From contig CAXXDV010000001.1 of assembly GCA_963674745.2 (NCBI GenBank), positions 1,696,001 through 1,760,000 on the forward strand: a stretch of DNA of 64,000 bases, written 5' to 3'. The notes below the pieces were generated by a model that did no database searches, was not told the DNA's origin, and saw only the letters and a list, made by a program, of their open reading frames with translations. Source of the DNA: Desulfosudaceae bacterium (GTDB lineage Bacteria > Desulfobacterota > Desulfobacteria > Desulfobacterales > Desulfosudaceae). The position numbers and the translations under genes are program-made. Below are positions 50,830-60,511 of this stretch, in pieces (position 1 is the stretch's first letter; every line of letters begins with the position of its first letter).

Positions 50830-53808
50830 ATGAAAGCGATCAGGATATCCCGCAGAACATTTTTAAAGGGCTCGAGCGCCGCTGTGGCCCTGCTTTCCCT
50901 TAACTCTCTGGGGTTTTTAGGCGGCAACAGCAAGGCCAATGCCACTGAAAAAGTTCTCGAGGATTGGCAATACAGCGGCTGGGAAGACCTGCACAGAAAT
51001 GAATGGACCTGGGATAAAGTGACTTACGGCACCCACCTGGTAGACTGCTATCCCGGCAACTGCCTGTGGCGGGTGTATACCAAAGACGGCATTGTCTTTC
51101 GCGAGGAGCAGGCCGCCAAGTATCCGGTGGTCGATGCCTCCGGCCCGGACTTCAATCCCCGGGGATGTCAGAAGGGGGCTTCCTACAGCCTGCAGATGTA
51201 CAACCCCGACCGGTTGAAATACCCCATGAAACAGACCGGCGAACGGGGAAGCGGCAAGTGGAAGCGGTTAAGCTGGGACCAGTGCCTGACCGAAATCGCC
51301 GAAGGCATTGTGGACGGCCTGGACAGCCAGGGACCGGAATCGATCATTTTTGAAACCGGGCCGGGTAACGGCGGCTATGTCCACCTGTTGTCCGTCGGCC
51401 GCCTGTTCGGGGCTTTAGGCGCAACCATGCTCGACCTGGACTCCACCATCGGTGATTTCAACCGGGGTATTTATGAAACATTCGGCAAGTTCCAGTTCAT
51501 GGATTCGGTGGACGGCTGGTTTTTCGGAAAACTGCTGCTCATCTGGCATATGAATCCCGCCTATACCCGCATCCCCTCCTTTCATTTCATATCCGAGTCC
51601 CGGTACAACGGGGCTGAAGTCATTTCCATCGCGCCGGATTACAACCCCAGCTGCATGCATGCCGACGAATACATCCCGGTTGAAATGGGTTCCGATGCCG
51701 CCCTGGGGCTGGCCGTGTGCCAGGTGCTGATTGAAAAAGACTGGGTGGATTACCCTTTTGTAAAAGAGCAGACCGACCTGCCCATGCTGGTCAGGACCGA
51801 TAACCACCAGTTCCTTTCCGCCGCCGACATTGAAAAGGACGGACGGGCCGACCAGTTCTGCTTCTGGGATACAGCCAAAAACAGCGTCACCAAAGCCCCC
51901 CTGGAAACATTGAAACTGCCCTGCGATCCGGCCCTGGAAGGCACCTATCCGGTGAAACTGTTAAACGGTCAAACCGTCGACGTCCGGCCGGTATTTCACA
52001 GCATGAAAGCGCTGCTCAATCGTGAGTACACGCCGGAACAAGCATCTGAAAAATGCAAAACCAACCCCGACACGATCCGGCGGCTGGCGGAAAAATGCTA
52101 TAAAGCCAGCGGCGGGATCCAGGTACTGGTCGGCTGGAATTCTCCCAAATATTATCACGGTGATCTGATCGAGCGGGCCATGTGCCTGATTCTGTCCCTG
52201 ACCGGCAGCCTGGGGAAAAAAGGCTGCGGCATCCGGGGCTGGAACGAGTCTCTGTTTGAAGGCGCCCTGACCCAGCCCGTCAAAGAGAAAATCGGCCTGG
52301 CAACGACCACCAAGCTGCTGCCGATCATCCAGGGTATCTGGAACAAATTCAAACGGGAAGACCCGACCATTTCCGATGAAATGGCCTCCATTCTGCAGGA
52401 ACGGGTGGCTGACCGCAATATGTTCAACTCTACTATTCCCGCTTTTTTGTATTATAACCATTCCGACTACAAAAAAGCCTGGGACAAAAAAGAGTGGCAC
52501 TGCCCCACCATGAAACGGGAATTTTCGGAATATTTTCATGAAGCGGTTTCCAAGGGCTGGTGGGACGGCTTTATCAAGCCCGCTGCCGATCAGCAGCCCA
52601 CGGTATACTGCTGGATCGGCACCAACCCGGCCCGGAAAAACCGGGGCTGGACAAAAAATATTCTGGGCTCGCTGTGGGACAAATACAAGCTGACCTTCGG
52701 GTTTGAAACCCGTTGGTCCACCACCGTGCTGTACGGCGACTACGCCCTGCCATGTGCCGGATTTTATGAAAAACTGGACACCCGCTTTCCCACGCCCCAC
52801 GTGCCCTGGCTGACCCTGACCGAGGACGCTGTAAAACCGTTGGCTGAGTGTAAAACCGAATGGGAGATCAGCCGCCTGCTGGCCGAAAAGATCGAGGCGG
52901 TGGCGAAACAACGGGGTAAAACCAAATTTCCGCCCCGGGTGCCGCCTCAAGAAGAGTACGCCGCCTTTATCCGGTACTTTAGAATGATACGGGATAAAGA
53001 ATTCAATGTTGATCTTTCCAACCTGGTCAAGTGGCAGAACATGAACGCGGATACGTTTGAGGAAATCATGGAAGATGCCCTCCAGTCCAGTGTTTTGATG
53101 GGCAACCTGCCGCCCGGAACCAATCTGGAATATATGAGAGAACACGGTATTGTCCGGTTCGTCGATGTCTCCATTTTTGACCCGGTGACCATGAATCTGG
53201 CCACGGACATCAAGCCGGATGAACCCATTATCCCGCTCACCTGGCATACCGGGGAAAAAAAGGTGCCATACCCCACCTATAACCGGCGCATCACATTCTA
53301 CATCGACCATCCCTGGTTCCTGGAGGCCGAAGAAGCCCTGCCGGTTCATAAAGACAATCCCAGGATCGGCGGTAATTACCCCTTGCGCATGACCAGCGGT
53401 CATCAGCGCTGGAGCGTTCATTCCATCTGGATCGGCAACCAGCAGCTGTTAAGGACCCACCAGGGAAGGCCCTTTATGTTCATGAGCCCGGAAGACGCAG
53501 GCAAACGGGGGATCAGGGACGGCGACCTGGTCCGGGTGTTCAACGACTTTGACGAATTTAAGGTGCACGTGAAAATTACACCGTCAGCCCGGCCTGAAAA
53601 GAGCGCCGCCATGCCCGGCCAGGTCATCATTTATCATGCCTGGGAGCCGTACATGTTCCCCGGTTGGAAAAGTTACGACGCCGCCATACCGGGCATGATC
53701 AAGTGGCTGGACCTGGTCAACAATTACGGCCATCTCAGGTACTGGCGCTGGAACTGGTGCGCCCAGCCGGTCGACCGGGCCATCAGCGTGGAGGTGGAAA
53801 AGGCCTGA
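50830..53808 (+). CDS. Type II DMSO-reductase-family molybdoenzyme alpha subunit (EbdA/S25dA/AhyA-like), Tat-exported
   Basis: SRRTFLK Tat motif; HLVDCYPGNC...PRGCQKG FS0 motif; IGDF Asp ligand; HQRWSVHS. Confidence 0.8.
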   Translation: MKAIRISRRTFLKGSSAAVALLSLNSLGFLGGNSKANATEKVLEDWQYSGWEDLHRNEWTWDKVTYGTHLVDCYPGNCLWRVYTKDGIVFREEQAAKYPVVDASGPDFNPRGCQKGASYSLQMYNPDRLKYPMKQTGERGSGKWKRLSWDQCLTEIAEGIVDGLDSQGPESIIFETGPGNGGYVHLLSVGRLFGALGATMLDLDSTIGDFNRGIYETFGKFQFMDSVDGWFFGKLLLIWHMNPAYTRIPSFHFISESRYNGAEVISIAPDYNPSCMHADEYIPVEMGSDAALGLAVCQVLIEKDWVDYPFVKEQTDLPMLVRTDNHQFLSAADIEKDGRADQFCFWDTAKNSVTKAPLETLKLPCDPALEGTYPVKLLNGQTVDVRPVFHSMKALLNREYTPEQASEKCKTNPDTIRRLAEKCYKASGGIQVLVGWNSPKYYHGDLIERAMCLILSLTGSLGKKGCGIRGWNESLFEGALTQPVKEKIGLATTTKLLPIIQGIWNKFKREDPTISDEMASILQERVADRNMFNSTIPAFLYYNHSDYKKAWDKKEWHCPTMKREFSEYFHEAVSKGWWDGFIKPAADQQPTVYCWIGTNPARKNRGWTKNILGSLWDKYKLTFGFETRWSTTVLYGDYALPCAGFYEKLDTRFPTPHVPWLTLTEDAVKPLAECKTEWEISRLLAEKIEAVAKQRGKTKFPPRVPPQEEYAAFIRYFRMIRDKEFNVDLSNLVKWQNMNADTFEEIMEDALQSSVLMGNLPPGTNLEYMREHGIVRFVDVSIFDPVTMNLATDIKPDEPIIPLTWHTGEKKVPYPTYNRRITFYIDHPWFLEAEEALPVHKDNPRIGGNYPLRMTSGHQRWSVHSIWIGNQQLLRTHQGRPFMFMSPEDAGKRGIRDGDLVRVFNDFDEFKVHVKITPSARPEKSAAMPGQVIIYHAWEPYMFPGWKSYDAAIPGMIKWLDLVNNYGHLRYWRWNWCAQPVDRAISVEVEKA

Positions 53809-53904
53809 TGTCCCATCAAAATTGACACGCAAGCGCCGACTTGCTATATATAATGGTCGAAAAAGCAGGTTCTTATCTTTGAAACCATTGGCCGGGGTGT
53901 CATT

Positions 53905-55047
53905 ATGATCAAAGCTTTAAGATGCTTCTTTTGTTTTTCGCTGATAGCGTATGTCGTTTTTCCTTCATCCCTTTTCGCAGCGGCCATCGGCGAGTTTTCG
54001 TCCGTCATCGGCACGGTCACCCAGACAAGAGGGAAACAGGTCATCAAGCCGGTTGAAACGTCTCCGATCCAGGTAAAAGACATTGTTATTACCAAGAAAA
54101 ACGCCACCGCCGAAATGGCTTTTTTCGATGACAGCACGATCAGGCTGGCCCAGAACTCGAAACTGCAAATCAATCAGTTTCTGTTCAAGAAACAATCCCG
54201 CGTGGTGTCCTTTCTTTTTTACATCGGTAAAATGACGGTCAATGTCGGCAAATTTATCGGCGGTGATAATAAATTTGAAGTTCAGTCACCGACCTGTGTT
54301 ATCGGTGCCAGGGGAACAGCCTTTGATCTGGTTGAGACCAGGGCGGCCGGCAAGACAAAGGCCACGGTCAGCTGCACGAAAGGGGCTCTGGATATATCGG
54401 CCCTGTCGGATACCGGAACCGTGGTTTCCACGGCCGTACTGGAAGCCGGCCAGATGGCCGTTATCAGCGGTGGTGTCATTACGGTTTCCCTGATCAGCGC
54501 GACCGTGGCGGCAGGAGGCGGGACAGCCGCGGCTGCGGGGGGCGGAAGCGGTGCAGCCGCCGCTTCCGGTGTCGGCCTTTCAACCGGTGCAATCGTCGGC
54601 GCCTCGGCCGCTGTGGCGGCCGGTGCCGGAGTGGCCGTGGCAGCATCCGGTGGCGGTGGCGGCGGAGGAGATGGTGAAAAGGATAAATCGGATTCTACCA
54701 CCCTATACGATGCTACGGGTACCTGGAAATGGGCCGACACTTATGAAGAAAGCAATTGCAGTGACCCTTCCGGGCCGCCCTATGACAACGGCACGATGCA
54801 GATCGTACAAACAGGCACAACATTTGCCGGTACTGACAGTGACGGCAGCAGTTTTACCGGAACCGTCAGCGGCGCTGTCTATACCTACACCGTTGTCACT
54901 CAGGAAGATTTCGGGACGATGACGGAAAATGTAACCGCCACCTTAACATCAGACACGGAAGGGACCTATACGATTGACTGGGTCTGGAGCGAAGGGTCCT
55001 ATTCGTGCAGCGGCATCACCCAGGGCACGATGACCAGGGTGCCGTAA
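53905..55047 (+). CDS. FecR-domain exported protein with Gly/Ala linker
   Basis: FFDDSTIRLAQNS, VQSPTCVIGARGT. Confidence 0.7.
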   Translation: MIKALRCFFCFSLIAYVVFPSSLFAAAIGEFSSVIGTVTQTRGKQVIKPVETSPIQVKDIVITKKNATAEMAFFDDSTIRLAQNSKLQINQFLFKKQSRVVSFLFYIGKMTVNVGKFIGGDNKFEVQSPTCVIGARGTAFDLVETRAAGKTKATVSCTKGALDISALSDTGTVVSTAVLEAGQMAVISGGVITVSLISATVAAGGGTAAAAGGGSGAAAASGVGLSTGAIVGASAAVAAGAGVAVAASGGGGGGGDGEKDKSDSTTLYDATGTWKWADTYEESNCSDPSGPPYDNGTMQIVQTGTTFAGTDSDGSSFTGTVSGAVYTYTVVTQEDFGTMTENVTATLTSDTEGTYTIDWVWSEGSYSCSGITQGTMTRVP

Positions 55048-55065
55048 ACGCGTTTAGTTGTTTTC

Positions 55066-55431
55066 TTATACGTCATCTCTATGGACGGTATCCGGTGAAA
55101 ATGCCGGCCGGCAAACGGCGATGTACTCGGCCCCTTCATCACCGGGCGTGCTGTACTGAACCCACTCATTCGCTTTTACGATAACGGCTTCACCCGCGTA
55201 AACATCGAGAACCCCGGATTTTGTGTTAACGCGCAGCATGCCTTTTAGTACAATGGTATACTCTGTAAATTCCGGGGTCTGCCCGGGTTCTTCCCAGCCC
55301 GAAGCGCTGACCATGCGGGCGATGCTCAAGTCCGGTGTATTGGAATTTACGGCGCCGATATACTCTTCTATCCTTTTGGGAATATTACCGGCCGCTTCAA
55401 CAATTGTCGGTTTGTTGATTTTTATCGGCAT
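55066..55431 (-). CDS. Cupin (EutQ-like)
   Basis: IEEYIG, GWEEPGQTPEFTEYT, AFSPDTVHRD. Confidence 0.75.
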   Translation of the reverse strand: MPIKINKPTIVEAAGNIPKRIEEYIGAVNSNTPDLSIARMVSASGWEEPGQTPEFTEYTIVLKGMLRVNTKSGVLDVYAGEAVIVKANEWVQYSTPGDEGAEYIAVCRPAFSPDTVHRDDV

Positions 55432-55461
55432 ACGGTTACCTTTTTCCGGGTGGAACAATAA

Positions 55462-56349
55462 TTAATGTGCCCCGGTGCCTCCGGACTTGGCTAAATGCGC
55501 TTTCAAAGCGGCGGCAATTTCATTGGCACAATTTGTAATGACAAGTTCAAACCCTTTGTCCAGGCCGTTCATTACGGCAGCGTTGTATCTTTTTGTTGTC
55601 GGTTTGTTTAAAAACGCTTCGTATTCAGATAAGCTTTCTTCATCAATAGATTGATATGTATAAAGATTGGAAATCAGCACAAGCTGCTGAGCATCGTCTC
55701 TTGTCTTGGCCGTCATGGTCTTCAAGTATGCTTTGTAGGCTTCTATATCCAGTGGTTTGTCGGGTTCCCTGGCCGTTAAAACTGCTGAAAAAACGATAAG
55801 TCCGCTGAATTCTTTTAAGTTTATTAACCTGTCGGTGAGGTTCATCATCGAATCCAACCTTTTTGCAAACGCCACCCGTTTGGTGTTTTTCAGCAATTTC
55901 TGCGCGCTGTTCATCATCTCCCGATAGGCTTCTGGTTTGGCGGCTTTTTCTTCCGCTTGCGTAATCCGTTTTTTCAGGCTGGATTCATGCCATTTGAATA
56001 TTTCCTTAATTCCATCTGTACTTATTTTTTTCTCAATCGACAATCTAACCTGATCAAGGACGATAGACGGTAATATCGTTCTGTCGACGGTTTCAAGCAT
56101 TATTTGTAAATGCTCTCTGGGGATTGGCGCACCACTCTGAATGGCACTATTTATACCCGCCTTAATCAGACCGGGAAATTCTTCAACCTGTTCGGTCAAT
56201 CCGGATAATTCAAGAAGCTTATTAATGGACCCGGCTGAAGGTGTCGATGCGGATGGGTCGGAAAACATGGTAGCGGGCTCTGCTGATTCAAAAATAATCG
56301 CACCCAGGAATAACAGAACGCAGATAATTTTGAATGTATGTTTTACCAT
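55462..56349 (-). CDS. Hypothetical exported helical protein
   Basis: AAGGAG RBS, signal peptide, 295 aa. Confidence 0.6.
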   Translation of the reverse strand: MVKHTFKIICVLLFLGAIIFESAEPATMFSDPSASTPSAGSINKLLELSGLTEQVEEFPGLIKAGINSAIQSGAPIPREHLQIMLETVDRTILPSIVLDQVRLSIEKKISTDGIKEIFKWHESSLKKRITQAEEKAAKPEAYREMMNSAQKLLKNTKRVAFAKRLDSMMNLTDRLINLKEFSGLIVFSAVLTAREPDKPLDIEAYKAYLKTMTAKTRDDAQQLVLISNLYTYQSIDEESLSEYEAFLNKPTTKRYNAAVMNGLDKGFELVITNCANEIAAALKAHLAKSGGTGAH

Positions 56350-56497
56350 TGTTTCTCCTTACGAAGTGGTTTTGTAAAAAGTCAGTTCCTTTTTGATAAC
56401 CGCCGTCTTCGTAGGATCCAGTGCTTATAGTTTGTGCCAAACATCAAGGTAAAAAAATATCAAAGAAAGAGGAAAACAGGCGATAGGCTCTGTCTGA

Positions 56498-56967
56498 TCA
56501 GGGGTAGTACATGTACAGTCGATGAATGGTCTGGGCATGCCAGCGGCCGCGACCGGAAAAAGTGGGAATATTGTTTTCCTGGAGATGGGCGGCAATTTCC
56601 TCGTAGGTCATGTTTTCATCCCGGAGTTTATTGATCATATCAAGAAGCTCCTGCTTACGGGCTGTGATTTTTCTTTTCCGGGGTTCCGCTCTGGCGGGGA
56701 TTGACTGCTGAACAATCTCCGGCAGGTTCTCCATCAGTTTTTCCATAGCCTCGGCGCTTCGTTCTCTGGCTTTTGCAACCCGCATCTTGCTTTCAGCTGC
56801 CTGATTCAAATAGTTTTTGATGGCCGGGGCTATTTCGTCAAGAAGGGACTTTAAATAGGGCGGCATGTCAGCGGCTTTTTCTGTGCGGGCTTTGCTGCGC
56901 GGCTGCCCTTTTTGCTGTTTCTGATTCCCCGGGTTGTTGAGCGGGGGGGGGTATTGAAATCACTCAT
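56498..56967 (-). CDS. Paralog of 49341-49826; 5' end out of frame at a C9 tract
   Basis: PPYLK...APAIKNYLNQAAESK...SGRGRWH; GGAGG RBS before ATG 56967. Confidence 0.65.
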
Positions 56968-57199
56968 GGTTTATGCCTCCACTGTTTTGATACTTTGATA
57001 ACAAAATATCAGAGGTTTTGAACAAGGCCAAGCGGAAAATGGTTTAAGTGAAATATATTTGGACGGGTAGACTACTTCATTGGGACTGGTTTATGCTTTG
57101 ATGCTGTTAATTACTTTTATCTTGTCGATACAAAGGATGGTACGCATTTGGGACGATGGCTTGATATGCAAAGCGGGCTTTGATATAAATTGATAACTG

Positions 57200-57790
57200 A
57201 TGGCAGAAAAGAAAAGCAAAAAGCGGCCAAAGGGCCGCGACGAGGTTGTCGAGGCGTTGATTAAGTCCGCCGCGGAGCTGTTCGCGGAACGGGGGGTGTC
57301 CGGCGTTTCTTTACGGGAAATCGCCGCTCACGCGGGTGTGAATCATGGCCTTATCCACCGTCATTTCGGTTCCAAGGAGAATCTGCGCAAAAAAACCCAG
57401 GAATACCTGGCCAAAAAAGTGCGGGATGATATCGGAACGCCGGATAACCTGATCGATATGTTGGCCCAGGCGGAAACCGCGGTTCAGAAACATCCGCTGT
57501 TCTGGAAAGTCATGGCCCGAAGCTTTCTCGATGGTACTGTAGAAGGCGATGTGCAGAGCGAGTTTCCTTTTGTGCGGGATTTTGTCGAATTGGTAAAGGC
57601 GGTTCAGGAGCAGGGCTTGATCATCCTCGATATGGACCCGCGATATATTGTGGCGGCAATCTGTGCCTACGGGCTTGGTATCCGGGCGTTTGAAAGATAC
57701 ATCATGGAAGCCGCCGGCCTGGGTGATGAACCGGTTGAAGAAGTGCTGGCCGAAATCCGCAACCGCTTTCTGGCAATTTGCCTGAAGTAA
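57200..57790 (+). CDS. TetR/AcrR regulator
   Basis: AAELFAERG...SLREIAAHAGVNHGLIHRHFGSKE. Confidence 0.9.
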   Translation: MAEKKSKKRPKGRDEVVEALIKSAAELFAERGVSGVSLREIAAHAGVNHGLIHRHFGSKENLRKKTQEYLAKKVRDDIGTPDNLIDMLAQAETAVQKHPLFWKVMARSFLDGTVEGDVQSEFPFVRDFVELVKAVQEQGLIILDMDPRYIVAAICAYGLGIRAFERYIMEAAGLGDEPVEEVLAEIRNRFLAICLK

Positions 57791-57877
57791 ATACAGTCCG
57801 ATTGGCAACGATTTTTCCCTTTTTTCCCGTCTTGCGTTTCCGGCCGTTTGATCTGTTAATTTTTTTTGAAAAAACAC

Positions 57878-57904
57878 TTGACATAGTGTATCCATTTGTA
57901 TACA
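57878..57904 (+). promoter_or_regulatory. TTGACA -35 followed by palindrome TGTAT-N8-ATACA (probable TetR operator)
   Basis: TTGACATAGTGTATCCATTTGTATACA. Confidence 0.5.
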
Positions 57905-57975
57905 AAAAGTGTAGTCAAGCGGGTACACTTAAAATCTTTTTAACAATTGTCGTCATGGCAATCCAGGGGGGAATT

Positions 57976-59502
57976 ATGAAAAGTTGTAAATCAATCCTGA
58001 CACGATCCGGTCTTATCGTCGGTGTTCTTTTGCTGGCTTCCGGCCTTGCTTTTGGCAGGGGCTCAACGCCGCCTGTACCGGAACCGGATTTTAACCATGA
58101 ACCCCCGGCAAACGTCTTTTTGGCGGATTCTCCCTGGCCCATGACGCACCGGAATCCATACTGCCAGGCGTCTTCGCCCTATGCCGGCCCGCAGAAAGGC
58201 GGCTTGAGCGCGGATTCAGATTTTAATCTGGGCACGCCGGGCCTGATCACCCTGGCCGAGTCAGCCCCGTATCCGGATGGAAAGCGGGTGCTGTGGGGCA
58301 GTTCCTCGACCATGGTGTTTAAAGCGGACACCGCCTTGAACTATCTGGCCGTGATCCTCAAAGAAGACCTGAAACTCACCTCGATGTTCTCCACCGATGA
58401 AATCCTTTCGGGCGCTTACACCCTTGTGGACAAGAATAATGTTTTTTATATGCCCCGATTCACAGCGCTTTATGCCTTTGGCGACGCGGTGGCCGGGGAC
58501 CGGAAATCCGCCGTCGAAGTCAAGCGGGTGTTTGAAATTCCGGCGGAAAACATCGTCGATCCGGCCGAAAAAATCGTCGGACTGACCCTGACCTATGACG
58601 GCATGCTGGCCTTTGCCACCAACCAGGGATTGGTCGGCGTCGTGTCCCGGTCTTTTGAGACGGCACATTATTACCGGTTCCCCCCGGAAGAAGCGATCTC
58701 CAACTCCATTGCCTGTGACGAGGATGGCGGTATTTATGTCGCCACCAGCGAAAAGATGTACCGTGTTCAGTGGACCGGCAGCGAACTCACGATTGACCCG
58801 GCCAAAGGCGGCTGGAGTGCCGGATATGAGACCGGCGAGGGGTCCGGGGTTCGTCTCGGGGCCGGTTCGGGTTCCACCCCGACCTTGATGGGGACGGGAA
58901 ATGAGGATAAATTTGTGGTTATTACCGATGGCCAGGATCTCATGCACCTGGTGCTTTTCTGGCGTGGTGAAATTCCGGCCGACTGGCAGCAGATTCCCGG
59001 CACAAAAAGCCGGCGGATCGCCGCCCAGGTGCCGGTTACCTTCGGTGACGCGAATGCGCAAGACACGCTGTCGGAGCAGTCGGTGTGCATCAGGGGGTAT
59101 GGCGCGCTGGTGGTCAACAACCAGTTGAAAGTGCCTCTTGACAACCAGGTTATCAGCATACTGGTTTCCGGTATCGTACCGGTTGCGCCATATGGCGCCG
59201 AGCGCTTTGACTGGGATCCGTCAACCCGGACCCTGAAAAGCACATGGGTGAATAAGCACGTCAGTTATCCAAACGGCATTCCCTGCATGAGTGCCGCGAC
59301 AAATCTGATTTATGATGTCGGCCAGAGCCTGCTGGGCGGGTGGACGTTTGAGGCCCTTGACTGGGACACCGGAAAATCGGTGTTCAGTTATAGATACGGG
59401 ACTTCGCCGATATTCAACAGCGCCTATGCCGGCACGGAGATTTTGTCCGGTCGTTGTCTGTACAGCGGTACCATGCTGGGCATGGTAAGAATGAAACCGT
59501 AG
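57976..59502 (+). CDS. Hypothetical exported beta-propeller-like protein
   Basis: Signal peptide from MKSCK; SPWPMTH, GSGSTPTLMG. Confidence 0.65.
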   Translation: MKSCKSILTRSGLIVGVLLLASGLAFGRGSTPPVPEPDFNHEPPANVFLADSPWPMTHRNPYCQASSPYAGPQKGGLSADSDFNLGTPGLITLAESAPYPDGKRVLWGSSSTMVFKADTALNYLAVILKEDLKLTSMFSTDEILSGAYTLVDKNNVFYMPRFTALYAFGDAVAGDRKSAVEVKRVFEIPAENIVDPAEKIVGLTLTYDGMLAFATNQGLVGVVSRSFETAHYYRFPPEEAISNSIACDEDGGIYVATSEKMYRVQWTGSELTIDPAKGGWSAGYETGEGSGVRLGAGSGSTPTLMGTGNEDKFVVITDGQDLMHLVLFWRGEIPADWQQIPGTKSRRIAAQVPVTFGDANAQDTLSEQSVCIRGYGALVVNNQLKVPLDNQVISILVSGIVPVAPYGAERFDWDPSTRTLKSTWVNKHVSYPNGIPCMSAATNLIYDVGQSLLGGWTFEALDWDTGKSVFSYRYGTSPIFNSAYAGTEILSGRCLYSGTMLGMVRMKP

Positions 59503-59532
59503 TAGACCCTTCTTACAGGTGCCAATGATGGT

Positions 59533-59571
59533 AAAAACAAGGCCGGGGGAACTCCCCGGCCTTGTTTTTTT
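59533..59571. terminator. Bidirectional rho-independent terminator
   Basis: AAAAACAAGGCCGGGG-GAACT-CCCCGGCCTTGTTTTTTT between convergent genes. Confidence 0.8.
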
Positions 59572-59574
59572 GTA

Positions 59575-60228
59575 TTATTGTGTTTTTTGCGGCGATACCG
59601 GCTGGCTGGTGGCGGGATAAACGGCCTGCTGCTTGACCCGTATGGGTTCACCGGGGCGCCACTGGCGTATGCCCAGGGCCTGGTAGTCGCGTTCCAGCTC
59701 GGCATCAAACAGCGGGCATTTATCGCCGGGACGTCCGGCCAGCTTGGAAAAAGGCACTTTCATATAATGCGTGACAGCATCCTTTCTTTTGTCCGCGGCC
59801 AGTTTTTTGCAGGAAACGAAGCGTTTGTCGCCTTTGAAGGTTACGTTCAGGTTCGACGGGTAACCGGTGGGTTCGAAGTTGATGTCCCGAATGCCATATC
59901 CGGCCTTGTAGATTCTGACTTTCGGCGGCGGCATATTGCGGAAGAAATTTCGGCCCTTGCCGGGAATGGTGAATTCGCCGTTTTCATCCGTCAGGGTCTC
60001 GAAATAATCATAATACCGTTCTTCGGGCTCGATGGTAATCCGGGTGTGCTCGGTGACCCACAGGGCCATCACCACGACACCCGCAAGGGGTTGCCGGGTA
60101 TCACCATCTATGATCTTTCCGTAAACGTCTTTGTCGTATCGAAAGTAATTGCCGGCCGATAAAGGTGTTGCAAGTGTTGCCAGAAAAATTAAAAACACTG
60201 AAACCCGAAAAAGAAAATATCGCCGCAT
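59575..60228 (-). CDS. Exported protein with carboxypeptidase-regulatory-like domain
   Basis: GKIIDGDTRQPLAGVVV...TDENGEFTIP; AGGAGG RBS. Confidence 0.6.
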   Translation of the reverse strand: MRRYFLFRVSVFLIFLATLATPLSAGNYFRYDKDVYGKIIDGDTRQPLAGVVVMALWVTEHTRITIEPEERYYDYFETLTDENGEFTIPGKGRNFFRNMPPPKVRIYKAGYGIRDINFEPTGYPSNLNVTFKGDKRFVSCKKLAADKRKDAVTHYMKVPFSKLAGRPGDKCPLFDAELERDYQALGIRQWRPGEPIRVKQQAVYPATSQPVSPQKTQ

Positions 60229-60511
60229 GATTTTTCCTCCTACCCCTGAATTTCGTGTCGTTTCGATCGTATTATGTAAAGGATTAATATTTTAACATGT
60301 TATCCGGTCAGCCCTTCCCACGGGGATATTCCGAAATCTCCCTGGATACCATTCCTTCTGTTTCCTGGTGAAAACATAACGGTGATTATCCTTTCGGCAT
60401 GCGTGATTCAAAGATTTTACGTCTTCCTTATCTTGTTTTTTTATCCGAATTATGGTTTTCTGGGCCTGCCCCGAAGGTTAATAAATCATGATACCCGGTA
60501 AAGGACTTGTT

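Noticed and set aside
51961..53421. 486-aa minus-strand ORF (also 4988-5899, 26062-26880, 58261-59061 and similar)
   Set aside because: Antisense shadows of well-supported GC-rich genes
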